A stretch of DNA of 64,000 bases from Eledone cirrhosa. Taxonomy: Eukaryota. The DNA lies in the NCBI GenBank assembly GCA_964016885.1, contig OZ024740.1, forward strand, positions 282,224,001 to 282,288,000. The letters run 5' to 3'. This document shows, piece by piece, positions 27,013-42,959 of this stretch (positions within the stretch are counted from its first letter, which is position 1; each line of letters begins with the position of its first letter). The position numbers and the translations under genes were made by a program. A model generated the notes under the pieces. It was not told the DNA's origin, made no database searches, and was given only the letters and a program-made list of their open reading frames with translations.

Positions 27013-29747
27013 TGCCTCATCGTCAAACATAGGGAAAAGATACCACCACCATGATAGATGTAACAACTTCCCCGCTTCAAGGGGACAGCAAGGTAATTAC
27101 CATTTTCTCAACTCTCGCTTCCACAATACACAACAAACCCACACCACACGATACAACCAACAACGTAGGCCACTTATAACACCACAATACAACATGGCAC
27201 ATAGAAACACACACCCATACTCTCAGTAGAGGAACACCCCATTCAATCTACAACCACCAACCCGAACCACATTTTACAACAACAAGGAATATAACAAACA
27301 CAGGAGACCACTTAACATCAGCAGACAACCCCTCTACCCCAACCATTTTTTAGATACAGCACATAGATACAGGCAAACAAAATAACACAAGACAGGGAGG
27401 AGAAACCGATAGTAATAAAAATTATCAATCTTACAAGTGCAGAACCAACACCCAACCTTATCAACTTACTCTCCAAAGGTCTTAACTTCACACCGACCCC
27501 ACTACGTCCTAACTACTATGAAATGAAGGAAGACATCACAGACTTCTGTAGAAAGTTACGACTTAGTGAACAACTATTCGACCAGTACAATGAGGATGAA
27601 TCATTAGCCAGAAATAGAAGCAATTACACCCCTTCAAAAGGTAGAAATAAAATCCTGGACGAATTCTGTGAACACATCACAAACTTCCCTTACCAACACT
27701 TGCACAGACAAAAACACAAGCCAAACCTCAACAAGAAAGAATGGGAAGAATTAAATAGATTAAAAACCGACAGAACCATTACAATTAAAGAGGCTAATAA
27801 AGGGAGTACAGTAGTCCTAATGGAGACAGAATTCTATATCAACTTAGCGCTCTCCACTTTGGAAAACGAAACATACTACGAAAAGGCTGAACACTACAAT
27901 CAACAGAAATTTATGAGAAACCTAAAAACTCTAATCAACCAATACAAAGAAGGACTCACTAACAAGGAATTCAGCTTCATCACAGACTTCACAAGTAAAT
28001 CCAGCCTTTTCTACGGTATCCCTAAAGTACATAAAAGCGAATTAATAAGTAAGGCATGCAAGGAAGCCACAGACATAGTCATCAATGATCTCAAATTAAG
28101 ACCTATAATAACAGGCCCCGCTTGCGAAACCCACCGCCTTAGCAACTTCATTGATACCCTTCTCAAGCCCTTTCTCAAACACATCAAAAGCTATATAAGG
28201 GACGACCTAGATATGCTCAATCACCTCCCTAATATACCACTTTCTGAACAAACCCTACTAGTGACGTTCGATGTAGTCAACCTATACTCCAACATCCCCC
28301 ACAATCTGGGAATAGAAGCTATCCAATTCTGGCCGGATAATTACCACAATGAACTCCCACAACGCATCAAAAAAGAATTCGTGATAGAGGGACTCAAATT
28401 TATCTTGGAGAACAATTACTTCGTTTTCAATAACAAACCCTACAGGCAGAAATTTGGGACCGCTATGGGAACGAAAACAGCCCCCACTTATGCCAACCTA
28501 GTCATGGAAATCACCCTCTACACTAAAGTCCTAAACACATTTGGAAACACTCTCCACTTACACATTGAAAGGAACTGAAAGCGATATCTAGATGACTGCT
28601 TCATCCTTTGGCACGAAAACATCGAAAAACTTAAAGAATTTCACACCCTTATAAATGGGCTCAACACGAATATTAATTTCACGATGGAATACAGCCATCA
28701 ACAACTCCCCTTCATCGACATCCTCATTAAGATCCATAACAAAAAAATAGAAACAGACATATACTACAAGCCCACAGACTCCGAGAAATATCTTCCTTTC
28801 AACTCTTGCCACCTTAGACACGTTAAAATTAATATTCCCTACAACTTAGCCAAGAGAATCTGTACTATAGTCTCCAATAAAAACACCTGTTACTTACGGC
28901 TACAAGAACTAAAGGACACACTCATAGGCAGGGACTACCCTGCATCACTAATTGACATTGGAATCCAACGTGCCATAAAACTCAGTACCCAGGACCTTAG
29001 ACACCCTAAAGTAAATCAACCGAAACTAAAAGCTCTTCCATACATCTCCACACACAACCCCCTCAACAATGAGGCCTTTGACACCATCCTCCAGAACATC
29101 CCTGTGTTGAAAAAGGACCATAGAATGAACCAAATCCAAGAACACACGATATCATAAAGAGCAAAAGACAATCTAAGTGAATGAAAAACATCCTAACACA
29201 TGCCAAAGTACTGCCAACCACAACAACGAAACCCACAGTAAAAAAATGCGATAGACCCAACTGTGGCATTTGCACCAACCTAATAGAGGGTTCGGAATTC
29301 TATTTCAAAGAAGGACAACGTTTTATAGTAAAACACAATTTCACATGTGCATCGGAAAATCTAATATATTTATTAACTTGCTCAGGTTGTCGAGAACAAT
29401 ACATAGGCCAGACCCAAAACAGCCTCCGCCAACGCATGACTGTCCATAGATCCCAAATTAAAATACGGGAATACAGGAAAATACCACTGAGTGAACACAT
29501 TGATACCTGTGCCGCCCCAAATCATCCCAACTTCAGAATCTTTCCCCTCTACAAATTTAAAGATAATGCCACCCACACCCAACGCATCAGCAAGGAATCT
29601 TACTTTATTAACAAATACGAACCCCGTCTAAACACTTCTCCCTAAGACGAACCCACAACATACACACCTACATAAGCACACATCTCTACCCACATATAAA
29701 CACAATGACATACGTAAACTCACATGTTCTATGGTGCAACACAAAAA

Positions 29748-29750
<3 letters not shown>
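27013..29750 (+). mobile_element. Near-complete Penelope-like element (RT + GIY-YIG), inactivated by stops/frameshift
   Basis: LLSKGLNFTPTP, FYGIPKVHK, DVVNLYSNIP, GTAMGT, RN*KRYLDD (stop at 28576-28578), CDRPNCGIC, LIYLLTCSGCREQYIGQT; TA tracts at both ends. Confidence 0.95.
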
Positions 29751-29786
<36 letters not shown>

Positions 29787-29946
29787 ATATATGTATATAT
29801 ATAAATAGTGAATATCATTTCACACCTTTTATTGTTAAGATTTTTGATGTTCTATTGAGAGAATCGATTTTACTGAAAATATCGAATAATGTACACCATT
29901 TTACCAGGGTAAAACATACTGGTCCACCCACACAAACACACATTCT

Positions 29947-30027
<81 letters not shown>

Positions 30028-30070
30028 GTACATGAACATACAAAGAGACTTATACACAGACACACACACA

Positions 30071-30807
<737 letters not shown>

Positions 30808-31325
30808 ATCTTAATAGCCATTTGAACTGTCAACAGGCTGCGGTTCGCACACACATCCCTGCTAACCAATATCACAACATCGAACACTTTACTACTACTA
30901 CACACACACACACACACATATATTTGTTGTGAAAAAGTCATTTCTCAATCTTGGCGCAAAATCAATTTTTTACATTCACATGACCTCTACCGACCAATCA
31001 AAATTGTTTTGACCACAAGAATTTTTGCAACACGAATTGGCGCAAAAAACCAATTTCAATAGCGCTGGAGCCACTTTTTTAACATAAAAACAGGTAGAAT
31101 TCCCAAAACTAATCAGATCAGAGCAAACAACACGGACGCTCTATCTCAAAATTATGTTTGAAAAGCATTTAGAAATGCGCAACCGGTAAAAACTTAAAAC
31201 CAAAACTGAATACTAACCAATACAATTACTAATACTCTTTTATTCCTAATTAAACTATTTTTCAACTGTGAACAATTTGTCAGCATTTTCTATTCCGTTT
31301 ACCAATATATAATAACTTGTGTGTT

Positions 31326-32942
<1,617 letters not shown>

Positions 32943-32961
32943 GTGTGTGTGTGTGTATATG

Positions 32962-33025
<64 letters not shown>

Positions 33026-33030
33026 CACAT

Positions 33031-33108
<78 letters not shown>

Positions 33109-33121
33109 ATATATATATATG

Positions 33122-33193
<72 letters not shown>

Positions 33194-33202
33194 CATATAT
33201 AT

Positions 33203-33266
<64 letters not shown>

Positions 33267-33291
33267 ATGTGTATATGTATATATATATATG

Positions 33292-33326
<35 letters not shown>

Positions 33327-33329
33327 ATG

Positions 33330-33423
<94 letters not shown>

Positions 33424-33452
33424 AAAGACATATACATATATATAGTATATAT

Positions 33453-33513
<61 letters not shown>

Positions 33514-33514
33514 T

Positions 33515-34137
<623 letters not shown>

Positions 34138-35072
34138 TATATATATATATTGTTTTACTTGGGGAGGGTCATATTGTTGTAATAATATTTTCAGAAATAA
34201 TAACAGACTGTTTGGTTGGTTTTCGCTTCTGCAACTTTTATATCTCCATAATTAATTCATTTGGCAATCAAATGAATTAACTTATCTTATTTTAACATCT
34301 CATCCTCATACCAATCTATCCAACATATTTCTGACCTTGCGATTGGTTATAGCACACACACACTTTACCCTACTTTATTTGAATCTTCATTTTATTTTTC
34401 ACTTCTCCATATTCATTTTCATTACTTTTTCACCAATTTTTCATTTATTCTTTATGCTTTATTCTCTATTTATTATTTATTTTCCGTTTTCTTCATTTAT
34501 GGCCTTATATTTCTTCATATACATGCAGGAACCCCCCCCCCCCACACACACACACCACCACTATGAGAGGAGGTATGCAGAAAAAAACACACACAGATAC
34601 TTCTAAATTGTCAGCAGCAGCAAGACATAAGCTGACCACAACACCAACAACACTACCGAAATAATGGTAGAGGTCAAATGTACTTAACAATAGCAAACAC
34701 AAACACTACAGGGAGCCTCACCCCAGAAAGAATTCTATAGATTTCTGACTGAGGAATGTTCTCAAAACTAACCAATGGGAAGTGTGACACTTTTTTTGCT
34801 ATTTTGTTCCTTTACCACCTTGTTCCTTCTACCACTTTATCAATTTTTTAAGCTAACTCCAACAATAACAACACTTAGAATGAGGAATGTTCTAACAACT
34901 GACCAATGAGAGGAGAAGAGGCCCTTTGAAACTGAAATTCGTTTGTTTGAATTCATATGATTCCAGTTCCTCAGTGAAATAACAACCCAACAAAGGAACT
35001 GGGCATATCAGAGTATTGACAAAATTATACACCTCAACAACATAAGTACTTGTCTATACCACACTAATTCGG

Positions 35073-35127
35073 ACTGCCTGAAGAGGTCACAGCCAAAAAA
35101 GGCTGTCACTGAAATATATATAGCAGT
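35073..35127 (+). ncRNA. Type I hammerhead ribozyme at 3' end of a ~1-kb non-coding PLE-type element (34149-35180)
   Basis: ACTGC-CTGAAGA-GGTCACAGCC AAAAAA GGCTGTCACT-GAAA-TATATATA-GCAGT then AATAAA; second copy 49286-49340 (minus). Confidence 0.85.
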
Positions 35128-35270
35128 AATAAACGAAGCTACATTTTAAACATTTGACTTTTTATTTAACTTTATTTTATATATATATTTATCTATATAT
35201 ATATATATATATATTTCGTTTCTGAATTTGTTTAGCAAGATTCTTTATCTGAAAACGTGTGTTGAAACCG

Positions 35271-35762
35271 ATATTGTTATACTTTGGGAGGGTCATGTTG
35301 CCAATAAGAAACACACGCACCAGTTGCTTTCACTTCAATTTATTATAATAAATTTATAAATTTCCGTTTGGTTCGTTGGTTCCACAACCAGATGATTATT
35401 TATATATTGTCAAAGTTCTTTCATCACACATTCTGTGACCTCTTCAGTGACTGGGGATTCTTTTCTTTGTTTTTGTGCCTCTCCTTTGTTCTGTCCTACG
35501 CCATCTTGTTTTTGTGAGCGTAGGACAGAACAAAGGAGAGGCACAAAAACAAAGAAAAGAATCCCGAGTCACTGAAGAGGTCACAGAATGTGTGATGAAA
35601 TAACTTTGACAATATATAAACAATCATCTGGTTGTGGAACCAACCAACCAACCGGAAATTTATAAATTCCTAAATTTATAAATGTATTATAATAAATAGA
35701 AGTGAAAGCGACTGGTACGTGTGTTTCTTATTGGCAACATGACCTTCCCAAAGTATAACAAT
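35271..35762. mobile_element. Head-to-head fold-back element with mirror hammerheads (35409-35451 minus, 35568-35610 plus) and Penelope-type termini
   Basis: ~230-bp arms, 16-bp spacer; GTCA-CTGAAGA-GGTCACA GAATG TGTGAT-GAAA..CTT-TGAC; both outer ends read ATGACC(C/T)TCCCAAAGTATAAC. Confidence 0.88.
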
Positions 35763-35838
35763 ATATATATATATATATATATACACAAATATTTATACAC
35801 ACACACACACACAATCTATCTCTCTCACCCCCCCCCCC

Positions 35839-35875
<37 letters not shown>

Positions 35876-35877
<2 letters not shown>

Positions 35878-36275
35878 ATGATATTAATAAATGGAGACTA
35901 TATTTATAAAACCATATTTATTCTATTATATATATTTCAACGGTACCAAAACTTTGGTACGCACTCATCAGATAAAATACAAAATTTGTTTTATAAATGG
36001 TGACATACCCAAGAAACTAGACCTTATCGGTTCAGGTTCAAGTTCAGTTCCAAACTGAACTTGAACCGTTAAGGTCTGATTCCTGGGTATGTCACCATTT
36101 ATAAAACAAATTTTGTATTTTATCTGATGAGTGCGTACCAAAATGTTGGTACCGTTGAAATATATATAATAAAATAAATATGGTTTTATAAATATAGTTT
36201 CCATTTATTAATGTCATTGATATTTTACTCCAGAAAAGCTGTTGAGTGCTTCGAATCTGTTATAAATAAATTTGT
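35876..36275. mobile_element. Family H fold-back element with mirror hammerheads (plus fold 36116-36176)
   Basis: TATTTTAT-CTGATGA-GTGCGTACCAA AATG TTGGTACCGTT-GAAA-TATATATA-ATAAAATA; ~165-bp arms plus right-hand tail. Confidence 0.88.
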
Positions 36276-37378
36276 TATATATACATATATATATATATGA
36301 AATTCCAAAATTATTTTGAAACCAGTTATATATATAACTATATATATATACAACTGGTTACAAGATCATTTTGGAATTTCAGAAAATTATAGCTGAATGG
36401 AATTAAAATTTAGGAATGTTATTCAAACGTTATTTTCTGTTAGATAGAATAGCTATGTAATGTTAAAGGCGTCAACCATGCCCCTCATATCTATCACGAG
36501 AACATTAACCTTTATGCTACGTTACTAAAAACAACTCGATCTAATTATATAATCAAACTATACTGTTATCCATCAGGCCAAAACAAGTTAAAATATGTAG
36601 ATTGTTAAAATATACAGCAACCAAACAGAGCCTATTAAATTTTATATTAGTACCATTTTCTATTCCATGGAATTTAAATTCCAAATAGAAGAGCTGACTG
36701 AAACTTTTAAATATATTAAAACAACTTTTCTTAAAACGTACTGGCAACACTGTGAATATATCACAGTGTTGCCAGTACGTTTTGAGAATATCAGACCACC
36801 TTGTTTCAAGATTTGTTAATCTGTCATCAGTGACATTCACTCAACCCGTAATGGCTTGGAAAACATCTAGAATCTATATATTATTTTGCGTAATGCTCAT
36901 ATGCCGGAAGTGATCATTTGCATATAATGCAAATATGGCTGTTTATATTTAATTGGCGGTAGTACTAAGGCAATGTTTAAGCCTAATAGAGATGTAAATG
37001 AAAAACTATATAAACATATATTATACGTTTATATGCAATAAACATATAGGTAGTCTCGCTGTCGAAGAAAAATATTTTTTCTTAACGAAAATATATTTTT
37101 TTCTGTATTTTCCTCTATGAATATATCACAAACTGGCTAGTAAGTTTTGAGAATGTCAGACAGCGCTGTTTCAAGATTTGTTAATCTTTCAACAGTGATA
37201 GTCACTCAACCCCTACTGGCTTCAAAATAGACAAGAATGTATAGACAGAGGAAATAGCGAATAAAAACATTTTTTCGTTAAGAAAAAAAATGTTTTTTGG
37301 ATATAAAATTATTTGTTTATTGTATATAAAATTATGATATATGTTTCCATGTACACTTCTATTATGATTATATATATA

Positions 37379-37800
37379 ATAGTCCCTCGCTTAGCAAGGT
37401 AGATACGATCTAAAAATGCCGCCCTAAGTTAAACACCACTATACGGTATCATATTAAAACAGCATAAATCGCGATGAGTTTGATATGGCATATGAAAATA
37501 GATGAATGTTGATTTAAACTGGCCTGTTGAATATTGATGGCAGCTGGTACTAGTTTTTCGTCAAATTCCACAAAGCTATTGTAAGTTTCTGGTTACAATT
37601 TCTTTCAAACTTTATTAATGTAGTTTTCGATTGTTTCTTCCAATGATGCTGCAACATCTTCTAAGTCTTTCATATGTTTTTTTGTTAAATTTTCCGATAG
37701 AGAGCTTATGTCTTTTTTCAATAATTGTTTGAAATTGCACAGAATATACATAGTAGGAATCATGTCAATGTTTGACCACTGTTCCAGCTTTTAGTTGTTA
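37379..37800 (-). mobile_element. pogo/Tigger-like DNA transposon relic
   Basis: TIR-like TAGTCCCTCGCTTAGC after TA; minus strand DVAASLEETIENYINKV*KKL*PE resembles the WKKLWP end of pogo-type DDE domains. Confidence 0.4.
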
Positions 37801-38452
37801 TTCAGCAGTTTGCTTACAAATCGGAGAATTATCTCATTGAGGAAACATAATACAATGAGTACAATGTTGTCGCTTAACATCTTAAATTATAAGAACATTG
37901 AAAGGACACAGCTATCTGACTATATCCCTACGCGTGAGACACTTGCATTAGGTCATTGACGATTCTTCCCAGCAATATCAGTATTAGTGTACTCACTCAC
38001 ACTGCATTGCCTCAATGGGGTGTGTGAGTATCTTATTGCCAGAATGCTCATTATTCAGAAGGTTGCAATGAATTTATGGCAAGGCATGTAAGGATTAGGA
38101 CGATAAATATAACTATGTCAATACATGCAGTGTTATCTATCTGTCTATATAATATTAAAAGTCTGTGATTGCTTGCTTGCTTGTTTGCTTGTCTGTGATG
38201 TAATACAGCCAAAAGAGAACATAATGGGAAAATACTTTGAAATTGGAATACAAATGGAATAAACAAGTTTCGCGTAAATAAGACCACGGGTTCCCGAGAT
38301 ATGGGGTTTTTCCGGGTACCTTCATAAATAAAGAGATAGAAAGATAGAGAGGAAGAGATAGTGGTTGTGACAGAGTAGATTGAAAGAGAGATACAGAGAG
38401 AGGGGGAGGAGACAGAGAAGGAGAATGGAAGAGAGAGAGCTGGTGGTAGGCC

Positions 38453-38490
<38 letters not shown>

Positions 38491-38559
38491 CACAAATATA
38501 TTACACAAAGAGAAGTGTGTTACACAGTGAGATGTGTGTAAAGAATTATTACAAGTGAC

Positions 38560-39200
38560 TTTAACCGTTACTGTATAGAGAACAATATCTACAGGTTACC
38601 AATTAAATAGAAAAAAACTAAGTCAGATTCAAATTTCTGAAGTAGAGTTTTAAATTACCAACCTTATAACTATAAGTTTGCTGATACGAATCTAGTTCGT
38701 TTCACCACAGAAATGTGCAGTTTAACAGCCCAGAGGTCCTCGGTCAGCAAATGTGGTTCTTTGAGCTAATATTATTATTACTGTGAACTGCGGAATACTC
38801 TTAATTCCGATCTTTGTATACTTAACGAGCTCCAAATTGTTGAGCTAATAAATTCGAATGGTTGGGCTGCCCTCTCTAGCATTTTCCCCAATCCATGAGA
38901 GCCGTTATTTGATGCAAATAACACGTGATTTCACCCTACTCTGGGCAGCGTGTATATTAGCTTTCTCTATATCCATGAGGTTAGATGTGTCGTGAACAGA
39001 ATCCACATTTGTTGACCGATGAACCTGTGGGCTGTTAAACTGCACATTTCTGTGGTGAAACGAACTGGATTCGTATCAGCAAACTTATAGTTATAAGGTT
39101 GGTAATTTAAAACTCTACTTCAGAGATTTGATTTTGACTTAGTTTTTTTCTATTTAATTGCTAACCTGTAGATATTGTTCTCTATACAGTAACGGTTAAA
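38560..39200. mobile_element. Fold-back element (~200-bp arms) with hammerhead-like fold 39010-39081
   Basis: TGTTGA-CCGATGA-ACC...GGT-GAAA-CGAA CTGGA TTCG-TA-TCAGCA. Confidence 0.8.
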
Positions 39201-39628
39201 CGCCCTCTGGTGATGTCCATCAGAAGCAAGGGGGACAACCGTCTATGCATTTCAGGCTTAACTGGCCACCGTCAGGACGGTCCCTCCCATCGCTTGCGAC
39301 TGCTGGACTAGAAGACAGGCGAGAAATATACTAAAACCGTATTTCCTTGGGGATACGAAATATTTATACATATTGTATAAAGCTATGCTTGAAGCGAAAT
39401 CCTATTTCTTTTTTATTATAAGTTGAGCCAACTTATGCAGCTTCATATGCAAATGAGATTAATCACCTCATTTACACAGACGAGAAAAGTATATTTTCTC
39501 GGCTGTCTTCTAGTCCTGCACAGCAGTCGCATGCGGTGGGAGGGACCGTCCTGACGAAGGCCAGTTAAGCCTGAAATGCATAGACGTTTGTCCCCTTTGC
39601 TTCTGTTGGACATCACCAGAGGACGTTA
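39199..39628. mobile_element. Fold-back element (~135-bp arms) with canonical hammerhead 39547-39586
   Basis: CGTC-CTGACGA-AGGC CAGTTAA GCCT-GAAA-T GC A-TA-GACG; mirror copy with mutated core at 39240-39279. Confidence 0.85.
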
Positions 39629-39825
39629 GCCCCCCCCCCCCCCCACACACACACCCGATGTTTACATAGCTACGGCTTCCTAAAACCGTATTTCCTTGGA
39701 GATACGAAATATTTAAAAATTATTTTTAAGTGAACATGATATTTAAAAAATATTTTCAAGTGAACGTGACCCAACGGGTCCGGGTGGTGTAGTATATATA
39801 TATATATACACATATATATATATAT

Positions 39826-40040
39826 GCGTGTGGCTGAGTGGTTAGAGAATTGGATTCACAATCTTGAGGTTGTGAGTTCGATTCGTGGACCGGGCGATGC
39901 GTTATGTCCTTGAGCAAGACACTTTATTTCACGTTGTTCCTTCTACCTGGAGTTGCGACCGATAGATAGTATTAGCAACTGGAAAGACCGACGGAAACAT
40001 TGTTTCCTCGGTCCGATTTGACGAAAGTCGATCGATCCTT
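39826..40040 (+). mobile_element. tRNA/CORE SINE family B with structured 3' domain
   Basis: A box TGGCTGAGTGG, B box GAGTTCGATTC, CORE-like GTCCTTGAGCAAGACACTT; copies at 48006-48182 and 62438-62653. Confidence 0.85.
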
Positions 40041-40686
40041 TTATATATATGAAAGACAACTTTCAGTTTCTTCTTCCACGAATCACATCCAACTTTCTTC
40101 TTCTTTCAATAATTTGTGTACTATGGTATACTTAATTGTTGGCAAAGGTGGAGAAATATTATTTCACAGTGGGTAAGTACTACAACAACAAAGGCACGAC
40201 AATCGCTATGTGTTAGTGTTTGAGGCAGAAAATATTTGGAGCAAATACGCCTGAAATACTACCACGATTGGATATGATCTGATTTTCAGAATATTCAGCT
40301 GCGTGACTATCGAGACTTTTGAATATCGGACTCCCTGGTTATCGGGCCTTTTGACTATTGTACCTTTTGATTAACATGACTCTCTCACCAAATAGATGTG
40401 CATCACTTATTGATTTTAAACAGCAATTTCTTACATGATGACTATATATTTTTAATTGAGAGAATGGATTTTGATTTTCAACGAATGTACTACAATGCAA
40501 AAGCCTACTCATTATTCGCTTAAAATAATAAAGCGGGGGCTAAGATGGTGACTGGTAAGAACTTTGAAAATATCTCCCCTAACCCCCTAAAAACAAAAGA
40601 ATAAGAATGCTAAGCGAGATAGTGCTATACACACACACAAACACACACGCGCACATGCACATGCACTTACACCACACACACGCACA

Positions 40687-40720
<34 letters not shown>

Positions 40721-40729
40721 TACTTGGTT

Positions 40730-41141
40730 TTTGCATTTGTTTTGCAAGATTTTTTTTTATCTGAAAACGTATGTTGAAACAGATATTGTGAAGGCAATGC
40801 TGCCATTAAAATACATACGCATCTGTTGGGTTTCACTTCAATTTATTTATATAATTTACCAGTCGGTTAGTTAAATAACCAGATGGATGTTTAGTTGTTG
40901 ATTGTCATCAAAGCTCTTTCATCACGAATTTTGTAACCTCACTAGTGACTAATTTTGTTGTTATCTTTTGTCTGTCATTTGTTCTGATTTACAGCACCTT
41001 TTTTTCAAGGAGAGACAAAATAACAACAAATCATTGAGGATCACAGAATGTGTGACGAAAGAGCTTTGACTACAATCAAGTAAACAAACACTCGGTTATA
41101 TAAATAACCTTCTTCTTCTTCTTCTTCTTCTTCTTCTTCTT

Positions 41142-41173
<32 letters not shown>

Positions 41174-41680
41174 AGGGTCGTGGGAGAATTGCCCTCAAAC
41201 ACTCCTCCCAGTGGGTCTTGTCAGAAGCAACTGTTTCCAACTGATCCAGGTGAATCCCCAAACGATACCATCTTACTCGGGGTATATATCAGGGTCTCCT
41301 ACTGGTTAGATTTGCCCGTAAAATCTGTCCAGCAATTCTTTCCTGAGACATTCTAACCCGAAGTCTGCCAGAAGTCTTTACTTGCTGATCTGATGGTGGA
41401 TTCCAGCTTAACTCCAAAGTTCTCCCATGTCTTAACTTTGAACGCCTATACAGTCTCAGCTGCGATTCTTTGTGCTTGCTTATACCAGAAGTGCAAGAAT
41501 GAGGACTTATTGCCAAACCAAGCTTTATCGGCCTCCTTCTTTGATCGGATGACTTCCTTGACCTCTTGGTTAAACCAAGGTGTCCTCATGCTATCTGGGA
41601 AATAATAATAATTAATTGAAGTGAAACCCAACAGGTGCGTGTGTTTTCTATTAGCAAACGATCATTCGAAATTATAACTA
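40730..41680. mobile_element. Older fold-back element related to 35271-35762, interrupted by an RTE fragment (41110-41600, minus, (GAA)n tail)
   Basis: Arms ~40800-40980 vs 41010-41108 + 41600-41680; RTE peptides RTPWFNQEVKEVIRSKK and ERIAGQILRANLTSRRP. Confidence 0.65.
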
Positions 41681-41718
41681 TATATATATATAGTTATATG
41701 TGTGTGTGTGTGTGAGTG

Positions 41719-41800
<82 letters not shown>

Positions 41801-41900
41801 AAATGTAAAGAGAAATGACGAAAATAACAAAACGAACGGCACAGTACATGGAAGAAATATATTAGTTTAACACTTGAAATAGCCGGATGAGAGTCTTAAC

Positions 41901-41985
<85 letters not shown>

Positions 41986-42959
41986 GATGTGGCAGTTACT
42001 TCGAGGTTTCAGCTTGATCACTTCATCGGATGACGCAACTAATCAGAATTTTCGAAGTCACTGCCGCTTTTCTACTTAGAAAATATATTTCTACGGTTTA
42101 CCTACCAGCATTGAGTGCTATTGTATGTATATATATTTAATTTTCTCTCTCTATATATATACATACTCTGGCTTTTAAATTTCTTAATTAAATATCCTTT
42201 CATAATTGCTGAATATAAAGTGTATCTGATTCACTTACAATGGTTCACTAATAAAAGTGCGAAAAATATATTGTATCAATGCACTATACAGTACATTAAA
42301 ACGCGTCAATATTTTTTCCCGCACGGTTCAATTTTAAGATGGCCACTGTATTTGTTTATTTTCACATTCATACATCTCCAAACACACATTTTAATTATAC
42401 ATTTTTATCCTTTGACTTGATGGTAGTGACATACATACAAATCTACTCGAAATCATGGATCTTATGTCGGTTTGGGCGATAGGTTTTTCCAGTTTTTTTT
42501 TTCAATTGAACTTCATAGCGTGACAGAGTATTTCACAAACCTTCCTACTCTTAATGTAATCTTATTTTTACTCCAAATCAGCGTGGCACTGATGTTACAT
42601 TAGTCAGTACATGACTAATGGTAAGCAAACTTCCGGTATTCACAGTATAACAACAATAGTTCCTGAAAATACAGTGCATAAATTAGAATAACTACCAAGT
42701 CTATATTTTGACTAGATATAACTAAGAAAAAAATATGAGGTGTAAAACCATCTTACCGGATAAAATAATCCAACTGTATAGTTTGGAAATAAATTACTTC
42801 CAAATAATCTCTTTATAACGCTTACAGCTTTCAGGTTAAATTATTCATAATGTGGATAACTGAGTTGATAAGGAAGTGGATAAAGTAAAAAATTGTCAGC
42901 AATTTGTATTCTATTAATAGTATATCATATATTCTTGGCAGAACTGTTCTGTTAGAGAA

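Larger units (their letters stand above)
38136..39792 (+). mobile_element. Helitron-like element enclosing two hammerhead-bearing fold-backs
   Basis: A|TCTATC..TATATAATATTAAAAG start; GACCCAACGGGTC hairpin and GTAG|T end; ends homologous to 12606-13190. Confidence 0.55.

Noticed and set aside
35271-35762. Interpreting the fold-backs as classical MITEs
   Set aside because: Arms are often asymmetric, centres vary, the same sequences occur unfolded, they contain hammerheads and they share termini with a Penelope element.
39826-39900. tRNA genes at SINE heads
   Set aside because: A and B boxes are present but there is no complete cloverleaf, and they continue into SINE bodies in multiple copies.
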